This document shows positions 37,760 through 46,851 of a DNA stretch of 64,000 nucleotides, in pieces. The notes below the pieces were generated by a model, which was not told the DNA's origin, searched no databases, and worked only from the letters and a program-made list of their open reading frames with translations. A program made the position numbers and the translations under genes. The stretch comes from Blastocatellia bacterium (GTDB lineage: Bacteria; Acidobacteriota; Blastocatellia; UBA7656). Location: NCBI GenBank assembly GCA_963765495.1, contig CAVXWP010000001.1:128001-192000 (forward strand). The letters are read 5' to 3'. Every line of letters begins with the position of its first letter. Within the stretch, counting starts at the first letter, position 1.

Positions 37760-40499
37760 ACTCTGGCAGCGAATCGAAGAGGTCTTTAGCGCGGCGCTCG
37801 ACGTTGCGGATGATGAGCGCGGCACGTTCCTTGTAGAGGCATGCGGCAGCGACGAGCCATTGCGTCGAGAAGTCGAGGCTTTGCTCGCGTCGCACAAACG
37901 CGCGGGCGATTTCATTCTAGCACCGGTCTTTGAAGTGGCTCTCAATCTTATCGAGCACTCCGAGGCCGCACTCGAAAAAGGCCGTAGAATTGGCCCTTAC
38001 GAGGTCGTCCGTGAAATTGGGCGAGGCGGCATGGGAACAGTCTATCTGGCCGCGCGCGCAGACGACGAGTACAGGAAGCAGGTCGCCATCAAGGTTATCA
38101 AGCGCGGCATGGATTCGGATGACATCCTGCGGCGGTTCCGCAACGAGCGGCAGATTCTCGCAAGCCTCGACCATCCGAACATTGCCCGGCTGCTGGACGG
38201 CGGCACGACCGAGGAGGGCTTGCCTTATTTTGTGCTTGAGTATATTGACGGTGCGCCCTTTGACAGGTATTGCGACGAGCACAGACTGCCGACATTGGAG
38301 CGCTTGCAACTCTTCCGCAGAGTTTGCGAGGCGGTGCAATATGCACATCAAAACCTTATCGTCCATCGGGACCTGAAACCGAGCAACATCCTGGTCACAT
38401 CCGAAGGTGAGCCGAAATTACTCGACTTTGGGATTGCCAAACTCCTCGATCCCGATTTGATCGAAGAGGTCTCCGCGCAAACGGAGACCTCCATGCGCCT
38501 GATGACGCGGGATTACGCCAGCCCCGAACAGGTTCGCGGCCATCGCGTGACTACGGCGACAGATATTTACAGTCTGGGGGTGGTGCTTTACGAAGCGCTG
38601 ACGGGTGTCCGCCCTTACAAGTCCAACCCTGCGTCGCCGGACGGTCCATCACAGGCAAGTCCCGAATCCGAGCCGTCAAAGCCAAGCGACGCGATTGCGG
38701 ATTCAGGATCACGGCGTGCGGGCTCCACGATCTCATCTTCAAATCCGCAATCCGGTATCCACAATCCGAAACTGCTCAGAGGAGATCTGGACAACATCGT
38801 TTTGATGGCGCTGCGAAAAGAACCGCAACGCCGATACGGCTCCGCGGCAGAGTTCTCGGCGGATATTCAAAGATATCTCGACGGGCTTCCAGTCATGGCC
38901 CGCAAGGATACTTTACAATATCGCCTGAGCAAGTTTGTCCTGCGTAATCGTGTTGCCGTGGCGGCGGCTGTGCTCATCCTCCTGACCGTGGTGGTTGGCG
39001 TCGCGATGACAGTTCGGGAAAAACGCAAAGCCGACAGAAGGTTCAGTGAGGTGCGACATCTGGCCAACTCACTCATATTCGAAGTGGATGACGAAATCCA
39101 GAAAGGGCCCACGAAGGGTCGCGCTATGATCGCCAAAAGGGCGCTGGAGTATCTCGACAATCTGGCTCGGGAGTCGGGCAACGAGTACGGGCTGCAACTT
39201 GAACTGGCCGCCGGGTACCTCAAGATCGGAGATATTCAGGGCAAGCCGTATCGGCCAAATCTGGGTGACACTGCCGGCGCGGAGGCGAGCTATCGCAAAG
39301 CAAAGGCGATTCTGGAATCACTGACCGCCGTTGAGCCGACCGACCTCGAAGCACAGCGTTATTTGAGCCTGAGTTATCAGAGCTTAGGCCGCGTACAGCA
39401 GCGCAATGGCGATTGGAACTCAGCGTTGGAAAGCGAGCGGAAGGCGGTGGCAGTCAGTGAGGCCTTGCTCGCTGCGAATCCGAGCAGCCTGCAATATCGC
39501 AATCTGCTGGCAGATAACTACCTGCATTTTGGCGAAGCCCTGTACCTGACAGGAAGAGAGACAGCAATCGCCGACCATCATCAGGCAATCGAGTACTTCC
39601 GCAAAGCGCTGGTGATTCACGCAAGTCTTGCCTTGGCAGAGCCGGACAAGGGTGAATATCGCTATGCCGCAGGAGTGGATTATGAATATGTGGGAATCGC
39701 TTTCAATCGGCTTGGCGATATGACGGGTGACGTCGAGAATTATCGCGCGGCGCTTGAGAATCATCGCAAAGAGCTTGAAATCAACGAAGCACTGGCCGCC
39801 TCGGATCCTTCAAATGCGGCCTACCGGCGCATCGTCGCCGATGTCTACGGCGAGGTCGGATTGTCGCAGCTGAAGCTCGGGCGGCCTGCCGAAGCATTAG
39901 AGAACCTGCGCCACAGGTTGGCTATTTTTGAATCGATAAGAACATCCGACCCGACCAATGTCGAAGCCCGGCGCGACGTGGCCAACTCTATGGCCGATCT
40001 TGGCCAGGCAATGGCGCAGAAGGGCGACCTGTCCGGAGGGTTGGCGCAGGAGCGCAAAGCCGTGGCGATCCTGCAAGCGTTGAGCGAAGCCGAACCTGCG
40101 AACACGGAGACGCGCAACACTCTGCGGTTTTCGTACGAAGCAAGCGGCGAGATGGAAGAAAAGATCGGCGATTACGCGGCGGCGCTGGGGACTTATCAGA
40201 AAGCCCTGGCCCTGCTTGAATCGTGGGCGTGCATCGAACCCGAGATTGTGCTGGTCCGTCGCCTGCTCGCAATCGAAAACGCGAACATCGCACGTGTGCA
40301 TGAAACAGCCGCAGCAGATCGAAAGTCATCAATTAATATACAAAAAGCGCATTGGCGAGCGGCCAAAGAGCGGTATCAACGCAGCCTCACCACTTGGCGG
40401 GATTTACAGGCAAAGGGCCAACTCAGTGAGGCAGACGAAATTGCCGTTACCGAACTCACGAAAGCCATTGCGAAATGCGACCTGGCTCTATCAAAATGA
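37743..40499 (+). CDS. Membrane Ser/Thr protein kinase with TPR repeats, copy 2 (different TPR region)
   Basis: IGRGGMGTVY, HRDLKPSNIL, DFG, YASPEQ; TM helix; RRFSEVRHLANSLIFE-type extracytoplasmic TPR region. Confidence 0.92.
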   Translation: MAMQAELWQRIEEVFSAALDVADDERGTFLVEACGSDEPLRREVEALLASHKRAGDFILAPVFEVALNLIEHSEAALEKGRRIGPYEVVREIGRGGMGTVYLAARADDEYRKQVAIKVIKRGMDSDDILRRFRNERQILASLDHPNIARLLDGGTTEEGLPYFVLEYIDGAPFDRYCDEHRLPTLERLQLFRRVCEAVQYAHQNLIVHRDLKPSNILVTSEGEPKLLDFGIAKLLDPDLIEEVSAQTETSMRLMTRDYASPEQVRGHRVTTATDIYSLGVVLYEALTGVRPYKSNPASPDGPSQASPESEPSKPSDAIADSGSRRAGSTISSSNPQSGIHNPKLLRGDLDNIVLMALRKEPQRRYGSAAEFSADIQRYLDGLPVMARKDTLQYRLSKFVLRNRVAVAAAVLILLTVVVGVAMTVREKRKADRRFSEVRHLANSLIFEVDDEIQKGPTKGRAMIAKRALEYLDNLARESGNEYGLQLELAAGYLKIGDIQGKPYRPNLGDTAGAEASYRKAKAILESLTAVEPTDLEAQRYLSLSYQSLGRVQQRNGDWNSALESERKAVAVSEALLAANPSSLQYRNLLADNYLHFGEALYLTGRETAIADHHQAIEYFRKALVIHASLALAEPDKGEYRYAAGVDYEYVGIAFNRLGDMTGDVENYRAALENHRKELEINEALAASDPSNAAYRRIVADVYGEVGLSQLKLGRPAEALENLRHRLAIFESIRTSDPTNVEARRDVANSMADLGQAMAQKGDLSGGLAQERKAVAILQALSEAEPANTETRNTLRFSYEASGEMEEKIGDYAAALGTYQKALALLESWACIEPEIVLVRRLLAIENANIARVHETAAADRKSSINIQKAHWRAAKERYQRSLTTWRDLQAKGQLSEADEIAVTELTKAIAKCDLALSK

Positions 40500-40616
40500 C
40501 AGGCTTCCAGACCTTGATCGAAGTGTTGCGCTCGCCCTGCTAATTGTTTCGAGTTCTTTCGCCCCCATCGCCTTCTTTAGAAATCACTCTTCCCTCTAGA
40601 TCGATCTTCACTTCCA

Positions 40617-41020
40617 GATAGACTGCAATGGTCTTCCTGTGTCCGTACACACAGTGTCTGCTTCGCCGCATGAAGTCAGACTTGTCGGAGAAACTCTCAC
40701 TGAAGTTTTTACAGACCAAAAGCCTCAGCGACTCATAGGAGACAGAGCGTATGACTCGGACCCATTGGATGAGGAACTTCGACAGCAAGGAATGGAGATG
40801 ATCACGCCACACAGGTCGAATCGTGTAAAAGCACCGACGCAAGATGGGCGAGTGTTGAGACGATACAAGAGGAGATGGAAGGTGGAGAGGTTGTTTGCGT
40901 GGCTGCAAAACTTCCGGCGAATAGCTACGAGATTTGACTACTTGGATGAGAATTATCTTGGATTTGCTCATCCTAGCTGCATCCTGATCTTGCTCAGATG
41001 CTATTTATGAGACTGCTTCT
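40617..41020 (+). mobile_element. IS5-family transposase C-terminal remnant
   Basis: DCNGLPVSV...LIGDRAYDSD...YKRRWKVERLFAWL..FRRIATRFD; ends in GAGACTGCTTCTA. Confidence 0.85.
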
Positions 41021-41040
41021 ATTACTACTGTGTTACAAGT

Positions 41041-41382
41041 TCAACCAGACGTTTTGAGCTTTGTCGCGCGCTCAGCGGCAAGAGTCGAACTGTCGCCGTG
41101 GTGAATCTTGATCTTGCCTTCGAGTTTATTCTTGCTCTCCATTTCCAGCCATCCGCTTCCTGATGCCGGATCACATTCATCATTTCCGTCCCACGTGAAT
41201 TCAAATCTATCTCCGTCCTCGCTCTTCACAACCTCTCCGTCGATTTGCCCTGAGACGAGCCCGAACTGAAAGTCACCGCCTCCATCGCGCCGTATCCTTA
41301 TATAGGCTTGGACTTCCATATTCAGGTAGTCGTCGCCCCACATCTCCATCTCTATGATCTGCCACGTCCCTTCGTATTTCAC
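41041..41382 (-). CDS. Hypothetical beta-rich protein
   Basis: 113-aa ORF with GGAGGGG RBS; GTWQIIEMEMW...FEFTWDGNDECD..SGSGW. Confidence 0.7.
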   Translation of the reverse strand: MKYEGTWQIIEMEMWGDDYLNMEVQAYIRIRRDGGGDFQFGLVSGQIDGEVVKSEDGDRFEFTWDGNDECDPASGSGWLEMESKNKLEGKIKIHHGDSSTLAAERATKLKTSG

Positions 41383-41398
41383 GGCCCCCTCCTTCGTG

Positions 41399-41592
41399 TC
41401 ACTTCTTGATTGGTGGTCGGTTTTTGACCGTTTCGACCAGTCGCTTTACCGTGGTCGTCACAGGCAGCGTCGATAGAAAATACTTCGTCGGTTCGGGCTC
41501 ACTCTCGGGCCACTCGATCAGTAGCCACTCCTGCTCGCGCACCTCGCCCAGTGTATAGTCCCGATGTGCCGAGCGAACCCGCAACGCCAGAA
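41399..41592 (-). pseudogene. IS701-family transposase fragment
   Basis: RVRSAHRD...EWLLIEWPESEPEPTKYFLSTLP. Confidence 0.75.
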
Positions 41593-41850
41593 ATCGTCCG
41601 CTGAGTTTCCGCTAGTGAAGTTACGTTGCGCTCTTACACGGCCTGTGAAATCTATATGCGTAGACCGCAATCCGGTGTCCAATACGGCAACAGTAAGACC
41701 ATTCCCTGTCACCGAAAATGCCTGCCGCGCCTGTCTAACGCGGATTAGTGTGTCAACTTCCAGATCTTGAATGCGAATTTATCTTGTTTCAAACTGCACT
41801 GGAGGCTCAGGATTTGGAATTCGACGAATTTGAGATGACGTATTACTCAT
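41593..41850 (-). pseudogene. S8 (subtilisin-like) peptidase N-terminal remnant, last cassette of the array
   Basis: TGNGLTVAVLDTGLRSTHIDF.GRV; in-frame TAA at 41779-41781; truncated by the IS701 fragment. Confidence 0.7.
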
Positions 41851-42075
41851 GGAAGTCTACCTCTCTTTTTTCAGAAGCCTAATACCTTAAACGAAGATAT
41901 CCAAACGCGTGTCGGCTAAAACCTCCGCGCGTGGATACACCTCCTGCAATTGTAAGCACGAAATAGTCTTTATAATGCGATAACCAGACCAACGCCTCTT
42001 AATCTTCCTATTACAAAGCACCCACATCACAATATGACGAAAGTGGAAGAATATTACATATAATCAGAGAAGAGA

Positions 42076-42160
42076 GCCTAACGACAAGTTCAGCGGCGCG
42101 CCGGTAGCTGGTGGAACACGAGATGGTGGAATGCGCATCCGCTGGAATGAGCGGTTAGGC
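42076..42160 (-). other. attC site (integron cassette recombination site)
   Basis: - strand GCCTAAC-CGCTC-ATTCCAGC-GGA...CC-GCTGAAC-TTGTC-GTTAGGC; 85 bp with the extra C and A in the left arm. Confidence 0.9.
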
Positions 42161-42198
42161 TTTGAGGCACACGTTACATAGATTCATCTGCTGTACTG

Positions 42199-42723
42199 CT
42201 ATTGCCTTTTTGTTGAAGAAGATTCGAACTCAAGGTTCGATCTCTTAATGTCGATCAGTGGTCCCAACTCATAAACATTCCTGTACCCGTAGTTGTAAAG
42301 GGCGATATATGTCGAAATGTTTAATGATGCAGTCGGTAATTTTGTCGGGAACGGTCCTTCTGCATCCCGGAAGTTGTTATTGCAATAGATGAGAATGGTA
42401 GTCTTCTTGTCGGGAAGTAACTGCCTGAGGCTCTCGACTGTTATGTCGGAGAAATTCAAGTTGATTGCTCCTCTTACGTGGAGTTGATCGTACTTCTGTC
42501 TGCTTCGTGCGTCTAGGATGAAAGTTCCAGCTTTCCGACTTATGTGAATGAAATCTGCTTCTGAGATCCTCCTAGATTCCCGATATTTGGCAGCCTCAAG
42601 CGAGATACGGAGATATCCATCCATATCAATCGCTGGGTTAGTGATGTCAGACTTATCTTGAGCGTTGACGATAGAAAAAAGAGAAGAAATGGTAAACGAA
42701 AGGATCAACACTCGAAATTTCAT
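42199..42723 (-). CDS. Secreted rhodanese-like domain protein (cassette)
   Basis: Signal peptide MKFRVLILSF; ILDARS..KY..LHVRGAINL; ILIYCNNN. Confidence 0.8.
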   Translation of the reverse strand: MKFRVLILSFTISSLFSIVNAQDKSDITNPAIDMDGYLRISLEAAKYRESRRISEADFIHISRKAGTFILDARSRQKYDQLHVRGAINLNFSDITVESLRQLLPDKKTTILIYCNNNFRDAEGPFPTKLPTASLNISTYIALYNYGYRNVYELGPLIDIKRSNLEFESSSTKRQ

Positions 42724-42811
42724 AAGCAAAATACTCCCAATTGCAGCAGAATAATCTACAGATAAGACGCTCGAAGACCGAGTTTGTTCCAAAAACGTTG
42801 GATTAACGGAA

Positions 42812-42896
42812 GCCTAACGACGAGTTCAGCAGCGCGCCGTGGGCTTCGATGCAACTGAGTAGGTGGATGCGCGTCCGCTGGAATGAGCAGTTAGGC
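42812..42896 (-). other. attC site
   Basis: Same 85-bp architecture as 42076-42160. Confidence 0.9.
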
Positions 42897-42924
42897 GGGT
42901 GACCAGGGAACAAAACCGCATCGT

Positions 42925-43494
42925 TTAGATTTCTACTTTATCGTATATTTCTGTTAGTGCTAGCTCACAGCCAATCGATACGAGTTCAATCTCGTCTGCT
43001 AGCTTCTTAGTTTCGGCCATAATCCATCGGCCATCAAGTTGCTTTATGAAATGCTCAACATGAGGTTTCTGTTGAGCGATGAGGATATATTCTTTGAAAG
43101 TATCTATCTCGCGGTATTGCTCAAATTTCCCACCACGATCATAATCCTTCGTCGAGTCGGAAAGCACTTCTACAATAAGTGTTGGGTTTATCAATGTGTC
43201 TTTCTGTTCATCGCTAAATTCTGCTTTATCGCAGACAACAATCACGTCAGGATAAGTGTAAAGGCCCGCCGGGCTAACCCTTACGCGTAAATCTGTGGAG
43301 TAGACTGTACATGGGCGACTCTTAAGCTGTGATCGCAGTTCAGATACGACATTCGTAACGATTAGAACATGATTTGGACTAGCACCCCCCATTGCAAAGA
43401 TTTCTCCATCCAAAAATTCGTTTTTGGAATCAGAGTTTCTTTCAAAGGCCAGATACTCATTTGGTGTAAATTTTGTCCTCGGTTGTGAAGCCAT
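42925..43494 (-). CDS. Uma2 family (DUF820) putative endonuclease (cassette)
   Basis: EYLAFE...KNEFLDGEIFAMGGAS..H, YTYPDVIVVC, PTLIVEVLSDST..YDRG.KF..Y. Confidence 0.9.
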   Translation of the reverse strand: MASQPRTKFTPNEYLAFERNSDSKNEFLDGEIFAMGGASPNHVLIVTNVVSELRSQLKSRPCTVYSTDLRVRVSPAGLYTYPDVIVVCDKAEFSDEQKDTLINPTLIVEVLSDSTKDYDRGGKFEQYREIDTFKEYILIAQQKPHVEHFIKQLDGRWIMAETKKLADEIELVSIGCELALTEIYDKVEI

Positions 43495-43552
43495 ATCTCC
43501 CCCCCTAAACTCCAAAGAGTACATGTGAATTCTACCACTATCAACATTGTTC

Positions 43553-43563
43553 GCCTAACGACG
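43553..43563 (-). other. Truncated attC (R' end only)
   Basis: GCCTAACGACG is identical to the ends of the other attC sites; the remainder is replaced by the ISKra4-like element. Confidence 0.6.
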
Positions 43564-43570
43564 TAGGGCA

Positions 43571-44281
43571 GGGTGTAATTAAAAATGGGACTCAAGCATG
43601 GATAGATTCCACAAATACAATATCCAAAAGAAAGGAATCCTATCCCACTATGACCTTAGTTGATGAGATTATAGAAGCTGTCACCCAGTGGAGCCAACAG
43701 CTTGAGCAATTCCAAAAACTCAATCCCCTAGAAGCGAGCAAGGTTTCTGTCTTGGAAGAAACTGCTCAACAATTGGGGCGTAAAGTCGCTCTCATCGGCC
43801 TTCAACGCTCTATCCATCAGCCTGATCCCTGTGCCGTCCCTGCTTCATTTGATTGCCAGTGTGAAGTTGGGCGACTCTCCTTCCAGCGATTGGCTCAACG
43901 TCGTGTTCGCACTCTTGTCGGCGAGATTACTTTCTCAAGACCTTATTACTACTGTCGAGAGTGTGGGGCCAGTCGTTGCCCTTTCGATGAGGAGTTGGGA
44001 CAAAGCAAGAGAGAAATATCGGCTGGCCTTGAGCGAGCCTTATCCTTGTTGAGTGCACATCTATCTTTCTCAACAGCAACACTTGTCTTGCAAGAGATAG
44101 GTAATGTGAAGCTCTCAAGCCGACAAGTCGAAACTGTGGCAGAAACAGTAGGAGTGGATGCGATCTTAGCGTTGAGATGTTGGATACTCAATGGGAGACT
44201 CGATGAGTTACGACCAAAGCCAGGAATAGTAATCGAGTGGGCTAAAGCTGCCTGACGCTGCAACTTTGACTTCGTGCACCC
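43571..44281 (+). mobile_element. Internally deleted ISKra4-family element (ORF 43650-44255)
   Basis: GGGTG...CACCC ends. The transposase N-terminus (CxC...RTLVGEITFSRPYYYCxxC..PFDEELG) is fused directly to the C-terminal AILALRC..LNGR; the DDE core is missing. Confidence 0.75.
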
Positions 44282-44320
44282 ATGCACAAGCCGGCAATTT
44301 GTCTATTCGCTTCTATATGC

Positions 44321-45634
44321 CTATGTTCCGCGAACACGTTTCTTTTGCCCTTCTTTTCTTAGAAATAGGATGTACACGCCTTCAAGAATTCCCGACAAGC
44401 CAATTAGTCCCGCCAGTACCCAAAGCTGCGAGGGGCTGTTCCGTAATACGTAGCTCATTAGGGCTAGAAGCGCAGCGGCGCAGAACAGGACACCGCAAAC
44501 AGCGAGCAGTCTGTTGCTTTTCGCTTCTTTCCACTTAACCAGGTTGGCAAGGTTGACGAGCGCAAAAATGATCAAGAAGCTTGCGCTAGCCATCATCGAG
44601 ATGCTGGACAGGTCAGCCAGGTTCGATAAGGTCAGCGCTGCTCCAGACGTGATTAGCAGGCCGACGGGCTGGTTCCAGACTTTGCGCTCGAAGTTTTTTG
44701 GTAGCTCTCCCTCGACAGCAATGGAATAGCTTAGACGAGCAGCGCCGTACAGGGTCGAGTTGAGGGCGGAGAGGGTTGCCAGTACGGCCGTAATCCCTAC
44801 CAGCGTGAACCCAAACTGCCCTAGCGTTGGTCTTGCCGCTTCGGCCAGAGCGAAGTCTTGTGCTGCTGCAATCTTATCGGGTGTCAACGAGCCAACGACA
44901 ATCAAAGCGATCAGGACATAAAGCAGTATCACAAACAGTACCGTGAAGTAATAAGCCCTTGGAAGGGTTCTGCGATAGTCTTTTACGGATGCGGCAGTAT
45001 TTGCTATAAGCTCAAACCCTTCGTATGCAACGAATATGATCATCCCGGCGCTCACAATCGACAGCACCGACGGCCAGCCACTCGGCTTTATGCGCTGCGG
45101 CTCTATGGCGCTAAAACCCAAAGCTACAATTAGCACGAGGATGACGACCTTCAGGGCGACGATATATGTCTCGGTCTTGCTGACGATTACGGCACTCAGC
45201 AGATTGAGGGCAGTTGGTAGGACGATTCCGGCAGTTATCAAGACATGACTCATTGCCGATGTCTGCAAGTGCTGGGGAAGAAACGTTGCAGCATAGTTCC
45301 CAAAAGCTACTGCGTAGAGGGATAGTGTGACGATGTATCCCAGCCACAGGAGCATGTTGCTGGTGCCCGTAAACCAGCCGATGTTAAACGCCTTGTCGAT
45401 AAAAATAATGGTTCCCCCATTATTGGGGTACGCAACCGAGAGTTTGGCGTAAGAATAGGCAGTTAGTAGGGCGACGCAACCTGCCACCACGAATGCTACT
45501 GGCGTTGCGCCCCCAGCGAGCACGGCTGCCAAACCTAAAACTGCAAAGATGCCACCGCCGACCATCCCGCCAACGCCGATTGCCATGGCTCCGAGAAAGC
45601 CTATCTGCCCCTCCTCAACTCTTCGGGTATCCAC
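44321..45634 (-). CDS. APC family amino acid permease (cassette)
   Basis: GVGGMVGGGIF, AYSYAKL...P..GG, FVAYEGFELI; about 12 TM helices. Confidence 0.9.
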   Translation of the reverse strand: MDTRRVEEGQIGFLGAMAIGVGGMVGGGIFAVLGLAAVLAGGATPVAFVVAGCVALLTAYSYAKLSVAYPNNGGTIIFIDKAFNIGWFTGTSNMLLWLGYIVTLSLYAVAFGNYAATFLPQHLQTSAMSHVLITAGIVLPTALNLLSAVIVSKTETYIVALKVVILVLIVALGFSAIEPQRIKPSGWPSVLSIVSAGMIIFVAYEGFELIANTAASVKDYRRTLPRAYYFTVLFVILLYVLIALIVVGSLTPDKIAAAQDFALAEAARPTLGQFGFTLVGITAVLATLSALNSTLYGAARLSYSIAVEGELPKNFERKVWNQPVGLLITSGAALTLSNLADLSSISMMASASFLIIFALVNLANLVKWKEAKSNRLLAVCGVLFCAAALLALMSYVLRNSPSQLWVLAGLIGLSGILEGVYILFLRKEGQKKRVRGT

Positions 45635-45835
45635 GATAAGTTCCTACGATCCTTGTTGATGTCATCCAAGTCGACGCGAGTGTTCTATCATGTTGGTGAC
45701 GATACTTAAAGCAATTTGTTCTTGGGGCGTAGCATCGCTCATCGTCGAATCTCTCTCTTATTGGGCCTGGAGAGTCCCAAGCTAGGGGACCGAGTCGGGT
45801 CGAAAGCGGACATCGCCTTTGTCACAGGAAACGCC

Positions 45836-45919
45836 ACCTACGCCGAGTTCAGCGGCGTGCTGTCGTGAAAGGGATAATAAAACGGTGGCACGCGCGTTCG
45901 CTGGAATGAGCAGTTAGGC
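45836..45919 (-). other. attC site with degenerate R' core
   Basis: Same family as the others; R' reads GTAGGT (one T missing); 84 bp. Confidence 0.75.
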
Positions 45920-45985
45920 TCAGCTTTGACCTGTTCCTCACATGTTCAGCATAAGTATGTTTAACGGATAGTCACTTATTGAATA

Positions 45986-46657
45986 CTATTTCTTCCCGAA
46001 CAGGTGCCCCAATGATTGGAACATATCTGTATAAAAATTTCCTCCGATCTCCCTGACAACCTCGAAGGGTAAATGAGGCGCTCCAAAAAACGGACGCAGA
46101 GTCCAAGCCAATTGTGTTCCTACAAATGCAAAGAGTATTAGCCATAATCTTAGAAACATGCGTCGAGTGTGCTGCGACTGAGTCCCATCTTCCGATAATT
46201 GGACATACATGCGATTGAAAAATAAGATCCCTAACATTCCTGAAACTGCGAAAAATACAACATTTATTATCTTGAAAAACTGATAACTGCGAGTCGTCAC
46301 AATGAAGAATAAAGTGATTGGTGAGAAACCGACAAGCGCGAGGCCAATGATCGTGCTGCCTGTTGACAACAATACAAATGTTTGAAGAATGGACCGTTTA
46401 GACCCGAAGAAAGAACTGAAAATGAAGAGTGTAGGCATGCAGATTGCAGTGGTCAACAAGAATAACAACGGAAGTTTGATACAAGATGAAATGGATTGGA
46501 GGAGGCTATGCTGGCTTCCGATAATCGCGCCATAAATACCAAATGATGCAGAAGCAATTGCATTTAGCTGAACCAGCTTGCGCTTCAAATTGACACCATC
46601 GGCAATTTCCTTCACAAATGGATCGCGATTCTGGAGAATGGAAATGAGAGTTTTCAT
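45986..46657 (-). CDS. Hypothetical multi-pass membrane protein (cassette)
   Basis: About 5-6 TM helices; KLPLLFL.T..IC.P.L and FVGTQLAWTLRPFFGAP; AT-rich. Confidence 0.75.
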   Translation of the reverse strand: MKTLISILQNRDPFVKEIADGVNLKRKLVQLNAIASASFGIYGAIIGSQHSLLQSISSCIKLPLLFLLTTAICMPTLFIFSSFFGSKRSILQTFVLLSTGSTIIGLALVGFSPITLFFIVTTRSYQFFKIINVVFFAVSGMLGILFFNRMYVQLSEDGTQSQHTRRMFLRLWLILFAFVGTQLAWTLRPFFGAPHLPFEVVREIGGNFYTDMFQSLGHLFGKK

Positions 46658-46851
46658 AAAAAAAGCACCAACAATGAATATCAATAGCAGTTAAACATGT
46701 AAGTAAGACTAAAAAAGCGAAAAGATTCTATGCATGATAGTTGAGATAATCAAACTGAATAGGTGAATTTATTGAAAACCTTGCGTCATAATGCTTAACG
46801 GGGAATTGAGGACAACCACGCGAGCCTACTATGAAAATGTCCGGATGTGGC

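Noticed and set aside
1-40499. Diversity-generating retroelement or shufflon as the cause of the variable cores
   Set aside because: No reverse transcriptase or invertase is present, and I noticed no adenine-specific TR/VR pair or inverted crossover sites.
183-40599. Many 60-300-aa ORFs antisense to or overlapping the large genes
   Set aside because: They are shadow ORFs of GC-rich repetitive coding sequence, with no motifs or RBS support.
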